Positions 19,578-28,235 of a stretch of 64,000 nt of DNA are shown one piece after another (position 1 is the first letter of the stretch; every line of letters starts with the position of its first letter). This DNA comes from Iphione sp. A-MEVVRFRX5 (Eukaryota), in assembly GCA_976226885.1 (NCBI GenBank), contig OZ320318.1, positions 73,222,001 to 73,286,000 on the forward strand. The letters run 5' to 3'. The notes under the pieces were generated by a model. The model ran no database searches. It was not told where the DNA came from and saw only the letters and a program-made list of their open reading frames with translations. A program made the position numbers and the translations under genes.

Positions 19578-22389
19578 CAAACAATCACATAAGGATCTGA
19601 ATCTTCTAATAGTCCATCTCAATATTCGAAGTATCCGTAACAAAAAACCATGCGTTGAACTTTTAGTAAATAACAATGTACCAGATATACTAATCATTAC
19701 AGAATCATGGTTAGATCATACAATACCCACCCATATAATGGATTTACCAGACTACTTAACTGTCAGACTGGACCGGGAACTTGGCATTGGCGGGGGGATC
19801 CTGATGTATTATAAATCGAATATACTCCTGGATAGTGAGCTATACAAAGATCTGAATCAATCCAATAGAAATATCGAGATGCAGTGCTCCAAAATTACGG
19901 TCCCCTCTGGTGACCCAATATCACTGATTGCACTCTATCGTCCACCCAAAGGGTGCATAAAAAAATTCTTTGAAATACTGGATGCATTATTGGAAAAATT
20001 AATAACGCTAGGTAAGAGAATTGTAATCATGGGTGACTTTAACATTAATTACTTTGATAAAACTAGCCTTGCCTTCACTATGTTGGATGATTTATGTAAA
20101 AATTTTGACCTAAAGCAGACAGTTAAAGGGGCAACACGCACCACCTTACAGACAAATACATGCATTGATCTATGTATTACCTCATTCATAAAATCTACGA
20201 CATGGATTATCAAATCTTTCATTAGTGACCATCATGCCATTGCTTGTAAATTTGCCTGTCAAATAGAGAAACCAGAAACAAATCCTTTTGAATATCGTTC
20301 GTGGACATGTCAACATGATAGAAAATTCGAAACAAGTACTTTCACTGCCGATTGGTCTTATTTTTTTAGTCAGAAGGATCCAAACTGCTTGGTAAGTTAT
20401 CTAGAAAAATACATTATCAGGACAATTAATCAGATCTCTCCAGTGAAGATTAGTCGTGCTCTACACAGACAGCAAAAATGGGTGAGCCCAGATACTATGA
20501 GGCTAATTCAACAAAAGAACTCTTGTTATAAAAAGGCCCACTCACTAAAGTCACCTAGTCTATTTAAAATAGCAAAAGATCTAAATGCTCGATGCAGAAA
20601 GCGCATAGCTTATGACAAGGCAAACTCCGTGGAAACGAATCTAAAGTCTAATCAGAGGAATCCAAAAAGGTACTGGTCAATTGTGAAAAATTACCTAGGC
20701 CTTGGCAAATCCCGAACTATCCCATGCTTGAAGAGAGATGATATGGTCTTAGAGAATTCAGAGTCAGCTAGTGCATTTAATGGTCATTTCGCAAATGTTG
20801 GTAAATCACCGTCCGATGTTGACAGTGAGTTAGTTTATGTTAACGTAAAACAAATTATCACTAAATTCCGGCTGAGTAAGGTGGATGAAACAACAGTTAA
20901 AAAAATTATCATGGAACAGAAGGACTCAAAACCTAGTGGCTTAGACGGGTGTCAAACAAAAATTCTTAAAAAATGCTTGGTATCACTGTTACCAAAATTC
21001 ACCTATGTGATAAACAACAGTATTGAACTGGGAATTGTTCCTCGAAGTTGGAAAGCAGCATGCATTACGCCACTATACAAAGGTAAGGGTAGTAGGTTTG
21101 AAGCCAATAGTTACCGTCCAATTAGTATACTTCCTATGTGTAGCAAAATCTTAGAGAGAGTGGTCTACAATCAATGCATGAGTCACATTGAGTCTAACCA
21201 GATCCTTTCCTCATGTCAATTCGGATTCAGAAAAAATTTATCGACTATTGACGCCTTAAACAATGTGTTATCTTACGTACACAATGGTATCAATGATGGT
21301 CTACTTGTTGGTGCTGTTTTCATTGACTATCAAAAGGCGTTCGATAGTATTAACCACCAGATTCTGTTAAAAAAATTAGGAAGGATGGGCTTTGAAATAA
21401 ATTGGTTTAAATCTTATCTATCAGAAAGGAAAATAAGAACTCGCATAGGACAGTCAATGTCGGATCCTCTACCACTTCTAACCGGTGTGCCCCAGGGAAG
21501 TATTTTGGGCCCGTTGCTCTTCAGCCTTTTTATAAACGACAGTGTTGGTTGTCTGATGGATACAAAATGCACTATGTATGCCGACGATACGGTAATTCTT
21601 TTTAAAAGCAAAGAACTCTCTGAGATAACACATGCTCTAAACCAAGACCTCAATAGACTAAATGCCTGGTGTACTGCAAACGGAATTAGGATTAATTACA
21701 AGAAAACAGAAGCAATGTTGTTCTGCAGCTCCAAAAATCGTCTGAAGGAATACCAACTTTCGGTTAAAATTGATGCATCTGATATCTGTCAGGTCCCAAC
21801 ATTTAAATACTTGGGCTTCATCCTTGACTCCCACCTAAGTCTAAAATATGATCTAGAAAACAAAATAAAGAAATCTTATACTCTAATTAACCTAATTCGC
21901 CTAGGAAAACAAATAGATAAAAACACTGCTTTGTGTATCCTTAAATCTTATTTCTTACCTGCAATCGAGTACGGTCTAGGATCAATACATTGTTACAAGT
22001 CAACACTGTTCAAGAAATTATCAAGACAACAGGAGAAGGCAATACGATTAGCTTCTGGTAGTTGCGGTGAGGATTACAAAACTTTATGTAGTAAATTAAA
22101 GATTTTGCCTCTAGAGTATAGAAGTATGTACTTCTCTCTTTGTATCTGTCACAAAGAGCTGTTCCCAATATATAACAAAATTAAAGAGACAACTAGATTT
22201 AGGCAAGCACGTCTACCGTCCGTCATTGTGAGGAGATCGTCTTATCAACTAGATCCCATGTTCAATGCCATACGTTTCTGGAATACTCTACCAGACAATT
22301 TGAAGGTCCATGATAAAAAGGTGTTTAAAAGGAATCTAAAGCAGGAATTATTTGATTGTATGCTGAAAGAAAACTGGAGGATTTTTTAA
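19549..22389 (+). CDS. LINE ORF2: APE-type endonuclease plus reverse transcriptase (intact, non-AUG start)
   Basis: 946-codon frame. EN motifs HLNIRS, ITESW, LYRPP, GDFN, IDL, SDH. RT motifs YRPISILP, QFGFR, IDYQKAFD, GVPQGSILGPLLF, YADD (21577-21588), KYLG. The frame opens at 19504 and the track start is TTG. Confidence 0.96.
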   Translation: MKIYLDRIGSKQSHKDLNLLIVHLNIRSIRNKKPCVELLVNNNVPDILIITESWLDHTIPTHIMDLPDYLTVRLDRELGIGGGILMYYKSNILLDSELYKDLNQSNRNIEMQCSKITVPSGDPISLIALYRPPKGCIKKFFEILDALLEKLITLGKRIVIMGDFNINYFDKTSLAFTMLDDLCKNFDLKQTVKGATRTTLQTNTCIDLCITSFIKSTTWIIKSFISDHHAIACKFACQIEKPETNPFEYRSWTCQHDRKFETSTFTADWSYFFSQKDPNCLVSYLEKYIIRTINQISPVKISRALHRQQKWVSPDTMRLIQQKNSCYKKAHSLKSPSLFKIAKDLNARCRKRIAYDKANSVETNLKSNQRNPKRYWSIVKNYLGLGKSRTIPCLKRDDMVLENSESASAFNGHFANVGKSPSDVDSELVYVNVKQIITKFRLSKVDETTVKKIIMEQKDSKPSGLDGCQTKILKKCLVSLLPKFTYVINNSIELGIVPRSWKAACITPLYKGKGSRFEANSYRPISILPMCSKILERVVYNQCMSHIESNQILSSCQFGFRKNLSTIDALNNVLSYVHNGINDGLLVGAVFIDYQKAFDSINHQILLKKLGRMGFEINWFKSYLSERKIRTRIGQSMSDPLPLLTGVPQGSILGPLLFSLFINDSVGCLMDTKCTMYADDTVILFKSKELSEITHALNQDLNRLNAWCTANGIRINYKKTEAMLFCSSKNRLKEYQLSVKIDASDICQVPTFKYLGFILDSHLSLKYDLENKIKKSYTLINLIRLGKQIDKNTALCILKSYFLPAIEYGLGSIHCYKSTLFKKLSRQQEKAIRLASGSCGEDYKTLCSKLKILPLEYRSMYFSLCICHKELFPIYNKIKETTRFRQARLPSVIVRRSSYQLDPMFNAIRFWNTLPDNLKVHDKKVFKRNLKQELFDCMLKENWRIF

Positions 22390-22593
22390 GCTGATTCAAT
22401 TGGTAAAACACTCTATCAATAGTCCCTGTAACTGAACAATCAAATGTTAAATCGCAACCTGCTGTACATAGTGTAAATACACTGTAAATAGAGTCACACT
22501 GTATGTACAGAGTTAAACTGAAAAATTTGCCATTGTAAATATTGCTTGTATATAGTAGTTGTTAAGAATAGAGCTGCATGTATCTGTAAAGTA

Positions 22594-22646
22594 ACTGGCA
22601 CCTTTGGATTGCCAGTAGAAATAAAAGTTCAAAAAAAAAAAAAAAA
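22594..22646 (+). terminator. LINE 3' end: stem-loop, poly(A) signal, A16 tail
   Basis: ACTGGCA (22594-22600) pairs with TGCCAGT (22610-22616). AATAAA at 22620-22625 and A16 at 22631-22646. Confidence 0.82.
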
Positions 22647-25600
22647 TGGATGACTTTTTCGCTGTGTTTTGTGCATCTCCCTGACAACACCTATCTATAT
22701 CGATCCGTGTAGCTGCCAAGGTATCCATTGATAGCTTCCATTCATTCTGGTTCTGCCCCCTGGGGTTCAGTTATGGTACCAACCTCCCCTACCTCTCCCC
22801 CACCCACTGACACATCCGCATGGTACATGCCGTGGTTTCAATTCAGCCTGTAGTTACAACCCCTCCCGGAAGAGGTGCCACTGTCCAACAGAAGCAAAGG
22901 TCCAGTGGGGGTCGCCCGATCCATTTATTCATGAGGGCACCCGGTCTGGCGTTCACCAGACGGCGCTAAAATCGGCTGACCAACAAATTACTCTTGACAT
23001 GCGCCCTAATAAATACGCTGCTCGCATCCCCCTTCCAACCTTTTCTACCAAAGCGTGCCAAGCCAAGACCCCAGCCTCAGTCCCAGCCCCAGCCCCAATG
23101 CAAGGCTGGGCCTCTAGTCCTGCCTCCTCCTCTGCCTACTCTACTATTTCGTCTCATGGTCCTGGGCGACCTCCTCGCCAGCTAGGATTGCCTCTAATTA
23201 GATTCACCGTGGCCGCCTAAATAATTCCCTGTGCTTTCAATGTAGGTGGTCTTTTTTATATAACTTTCAAGGTAAGTAGCTGTGTTTGATGTCACGACTT
23301 TCTGGTGGAAACTTATCCCTTAATGGAAATAATCTACGTCTGATGCTCCCAACGTCTTTCATTACATTTCCCCTTATTGATATGGGAGTTTCTTTTTACT
23401 TTCACTTCAGAGTTCAAATCGTTTCAACGTATGGTCAGTTGGTGTAGGACTTTGAATACAGGTGTCTAGTGTCTGCTTTTATTCATCAGTTTCCTCCAGA
23501 CGACAATTGTGGGCCGTTAAGCCTTTCAGGTGTGATTTTAAAGGGGACACGTTTGCGTAGCTTTCAGTAGTTAAAGGACTTCTAGAACTTAGTTGTGGCG
23601 ATACTTTGTGAGTTAAAATCACTCAAAAGACGGTTGAACGTCAACAATAGTTATTTCCACCCAGCTAACAGCTACTCCCAGACACCCCCGCCCAGGAACC
23701 CTATACATATCACAGGCCATGTGACGAAATCTGCCTTGCCCATACACCTATGCAATATGCGGTGAGCATACGAAGAGAACTAAACATCGGGAATGGCGCC
23801 GTTGTACAGCTTGCCTGATAGGTAGATTGCCCCTGTTTGCCCAGTCCACAATGGGATTCCGCAGTTTATCATCCAGTCACTTGTCTTTTTGTTGCTGAAC
23901 TGCTACTTATCCACATGGCGCGTGTCCTCTTCCCTGCACGTCTCGCTTTGCGTCTCCCTGTGTCTTGATCTCTACCTGTCTATCCAGAGTTCCGGCTAAT
24001 TTGTCCTATTCGGCTGATGTTTCTTCTTTCAAATACTGTGCTGTGAGATTATACTTCTGAGTAAACGTATTAGTTGATTCCTCTGCCGGACTTCATCTTA
24101 TTTTGTCGCGTTTTAGTATATGTTTATATATAGATGGATGTAGTATATACACAGTGTATAAATACCTGCAAGACGTGCCCGCTCGTAAATAACAGCTTCT
24201 TGCCTACATGTAATTACAGTTTATGTTGTTCTGTATTCATACTGGGAGGAGGTGCGTAAATATACATGAATATTCATAAATCGTGACGGCAAAACCATTG
24301 TATGCTTTGTGAGAAGCCTAACTGACGGAAATACAAATGTCTCTTTGTCTGTGTAATTACGCGAACCAAAATTTAATTGACGTTTACAACAAAAAGGATA
24401 CGTATACAGTGCGGATCCTAAGACAGATGTTATCAATGATTTAGCATTTGAAGCATCTGAAATAAGCACTAAGTCCTATATTTCCAGCATGACTTTTTGC
24501 ACCCTTCCGACATGTACCATATACAAGTACATGTATCTCCAAAATGAGAATAGCTCTGCTTTGTCACATTATCAAAGGTATGGTATTCACTAGAGAAAAC
24601 GAGTGCCCCATTGTATTATCCGATTTAGATTTTGTTCCCCCAGAGGACATATGAATGCTTACTTCTGATAACACCAATAGTCGATGATTAGTGGTAGAGA
24701 GGAGAACGCTTTAGATTATTTCTTGTGTTTTGTTCGCCTTATTTGCCCCGCGCCTACGCTAACGGTAGTGAACATTAGAAGCAGCGAGATGTGACTAATC
24801 GCATGTGGCTGAAGTGGGCAGCCAGGGCTGCGTATGTAAAGAGCAAACGCTGCCCGTGGTAGGAAGGGCGGCTTAGGGTTAATGCTATCGCTGCCGTTGT
24901 TTACAATCTGCATGAATGAGGTAAATTTGTAGGAGGGTGGTGGGTGGCACGTGAAGAAGAATGAGGCTGTCGCCATTTTCTCTGGCGACCTCCTGCTCCG
25001 GCCCCCCTCCCCCGCTCCCTCCCCCCCCCATACGTGGTAGGAAGGACCAGTGAGGTTCGCTTCACTCTGGCTCCAAGTATCTTACGTATTATATGTGTTT
25101 TTTTTAGCTCTGTCTGAAATTATTCTCAGGTTCAGCATTATGAAACACTGTATAGTGACCAGCAGTGAAAGTGTCCTCGCCTTGACGTAGCATCGGAAAA
25201 AAACGAATTCCAGGTCAGCTTTGTGCTTAATGTAATAAAATGGACCCTACGTGTGGCTTTGTATTGACAAATTCTGTTAGCGTCATTAGGAATTGCAATA
25301 TCAGAGTAGCTAGTTTAACAAGACGTACGTATGTAAAGACACGCACACACATCCAACGACAGTTCATATATGCCGACCCGCTCTCTTTTCAGAGCGGTGC
25401 AGATTTCTGTGCCGTCCTACAGGTGGTACTTCTGTTGAAACAGCGGCATCTGTCCGTGCATAATTATGGTTGCACCTGAGACCCAGCTTGCGGGCCAAAT
25501 CTCACACAGTCGGTGTCGATGAGAGATATTCTGCATCTGCAGCAGGTCTCTCTGTTTCTCAGTTCGTTCTCCTTCGTATTGCTGTCGTTATTCACCGTGA

Positions 25601-25841
25601 GCAGACTGTAGCAAACCAATGTCCCTTTCCATTATTTATGATTTACGAGAAGGTAATTTAGTGTTTCTTAATTGGATAACAGACCACTCGTCTTTTGAAA
25701 GGCTTTTAAACCATAGAAATCATTTTCACATAATATGCCCACACTCACATATACATGTATACACCTGATACACACCGTGCCCGCTAGACCTGCAGATGTT
25801 CGGGAGAAGCTGATGGTACGAAGAAATGCAAACAGCTATAA

Positions 25842-25983
25842 TGGGATGATGGATAGGAGGGCCTGAGAACGTCAGGGAATATAGGGGTGATGGATGGGAC
25901 ATTTGTAATGGGGGCAGAAACCATGGGGCGATGGACAGGAGAGATGTAATAAGGATAACCGGTGATAACCGGTGATAACCGGG
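25842..25983. repeat. Diverged ~41-bp minisatellite (3 units) followed by a 10-bp tandem (GATAACCGGT x3)
   Basis: GGGRYGATGGA recurs at ~25842, ~25884 and ~25925. The 10-mer units start at 25954, 25964 and 25974. Confidence 0.6.
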
Positions 25984-28077
25984 GGTTCAGCGACACTGGC
26001 CGTGTATTAAAACTCCCTTACTTAGAAATATTTAAACAACATTATTTTTTTCAATGGGAATATAATAAACCAAACTAAATCTGATACGCGTCCACATGAC
26101 CTCTGAAGTATGCACAGGGCCACCCCATACTTCTTATACCGAGTATATTCTCACAATGTTTGGCCACTGAAATATATGTAATAATCCTACAAGACGCAGA
26201 CATGTTTTTAATTGTTATGTCAATTGCACATTGAAAAACAGTTTTCATGTTGCTATGGAATGATAGTGGAGGAATTTAGCATTTTTCACACACATACCTG
26301 GACACTTACACATAGTCATCATCGACTCGGCTCCGACATTGCGGAACCACACGTTCCAAGCGGACCTTCCAGATGAGACTCTAACGGCATTCGGCGAGAC
26401 ATCTCGCCATCATCCAGTCATATCTCGCACCCATAATCCAGCCAGTCAGTCACTGCAGTCTTCCACACCTTAACCCTGTTTCGTTACACCCATCCTTACA
26501 TCCTCTAGGTATATTATCTGAGGGGAAATAGTTTCCAGTGTTACAAACCCTAATTGCGTCTAGTTCATTAGTGTTGCTGTAGCTCTCTGCACATTATTTT
26601 TTATGTGTCGGATAGTCTTCCCTTTTTAAACGTAAATTCTGGATTTTGAAGTTTATATTCTAGGAATACAACTACGAAGTTCATCGACTGACTCTGGTCC
26701 ATTATTTGGATTCGAATGTGCCTCCCACTTGTTATAGTGAGAGAGTAGCTGTCTTATTTGCTCAAATAACACCGATTTACGCTGCTTCCCATGGGAAATA
26801 CACGCCTGCGAAAAGGCGAAACCCGCGGCTAACTCAGAGTAGAAAGGAAAAAAACAGGACTGTATGAGAGAGGACACACCGGGCGCTAAGCTTTCTGACA
26901 TAATTACGATACACATCTCCACCATAACATGAATCATATATTATATGTATCATATACATATACGATGTCACTATGAGTATGGCTGTTACGTAACATCTTT
27001 TGCAACCAATTCGCAAGATCGATCCCGGCTTACGTTTCAAGCGGGACAAAAAATGCGGAAGCATTTCAGTCAATAAACCGTTGACGTGTAATCATGTTTC
27101 TGTAATTGAATTCATATTGTGAATATGGCCAGGTAAGACAAATAGAATCGCGGAGAGCCAAAACCGTTCTAACATTCACCCAGTCGTAAATAGATAACGC
27201 TAGCACGTTATGGTGTTGTCCCAAGTCATTTTTCTCCGTCTGGGTTCGCCTTTATTGTGCCTATATGATCCTTGCCGTATATGTATTTGATATTGGCATA
27301 AGTACGGATCCCTACATAAATATAATATATACAGTATTCACCGGTATGCTTCCCCATGCACTGTACACACAGACCTCGCAATGCAGAACGGTGTATAGTG
27401 CGTGGTCTCTGGGTGTTGACAATCATGCCGAACGGTGCAGCTCTACTGCAAACGGTCTATAGATGTCACCATGTAGATGGATAGTCCAGTGTCGAGCTTC
27501 GTATCTCCACCACCAGCTGCAGGCTGTGCGTGGCCTCATAACAAAGACACAACCAGCCCCTCTTCTGTTCCCAGATCAATAACTTGACTCGAACCGCCAT
27601 TCGATGAGGCGGACACCAGGCTAGGTGCGTGCCAGTTTGAAGGGGATTCGAAATAACTTCTCACTCTTGTAAACCTGTGCTTTTACTGCCGAGATTTCCT
27701 ACGAGGAAAATGTTTACGGCGTCCGCCTGACAATAGAATCGTGCCTGATATAAATAGACCCCTGGTTTTAATATCGCACTCGTTCTCCGATTTTCTCCAG
27801 GATCGGCCTGTTCGAGTCAGAATATATAGGAATATAATAATGAAAAGGACAAGTCTCATAGGTATAGTTCTAAGCGGTGTCGGCTGCTCGACGAAACGCT
27901 TGAGTTTATTGCTTAAAAAACAGATGAGCATCCTTTTAAGAGATATGATTATATTTTGGCCAGACGATCTGGAATGTTTGCGTGTTGCTTCCTCTCGCCG
28001 TCTTTTTCGAACTCTTCTTTCATGTTTGCTTTGCTGGCGGTGGCATGCGAAGCGTTCTAGCCGCGTCTGGAGAAAGA

Positions 28078-28235
28078 CACGTGACGTCACTGACGCCATG
28101 ATGTGACTAGACAGGCTTGCTGAGAGCGACAGCCCGGATGGCCCGTTGGACTTGATGAACAATTTCTGATATACTTCCGGTTATAAATCTAGTCTCGTTA
28201 GAGGGCGCTTACCAGTCGCCTCGGTTGCGCATGCG
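28078..28235. promoter_or_regulatory. Housekeeping-type promoter motif cluster
   Basis: CACGTG (28078-28083) overlapping CRE TGACGTCA (28082-28089), ETS ACTTCCGGT (28173-28181) and NRF1-type TGCGCATGCG (28226-28235), all within 160 bp. Confidence 0.42.

Larger units (their letters stand above)
14852..21018 (+). repeat. Head-to-tail tandem duplication, unit 3,083/3,084 bp (14852-17934 and 17935-21018)
   Basis: Constant 3,083 offset between duplicated ORFs (14940/18023, 15779/18862, 16466/19549). Junction reads ...gataaacaac|taggaaccaac.... The only difference I noticed is one A in a homopolymer. Confidence 0.96.
12790..22646 (+). mobile_element. Non-LTR retrotransposon (LINE), CR1/L2-group, near full length, with NADAR-ORF1, separate SGNH ORF and an internal tandem duplication
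   Basis: ORF1-like, esterase and APE-RT ORFs lie in order on one strand. The 3' UTR ends in a hairpin, AATAAA (22620-22625) and A16 (22631-22646). RT and C-terminal motifs (AIRFWNTLP...FKRNLK) fit the CR1/L2/Crack group. The 5' boundary is tentative (YY1-like motif at 12791) and no TSD was found. Confidence 0.93.

Noticed and set aside
25378-25397. Histone 3' stem-loop look-alike CCGCTCT-CTTTTC-AGAGCGG
   Set aside because: It has a 7-bp stem and 6-nt loop, lacks the basal GG, and no histone ORF is nearby.
12320-27640. Pol III A/B-box look-alikes (GGTTCGAG at ~12331; reverse at ~27590)
   Set aside because: Box spacing is wrong and there is no cloverleaf or SINE tail, so no tRNA or SINE is supported.
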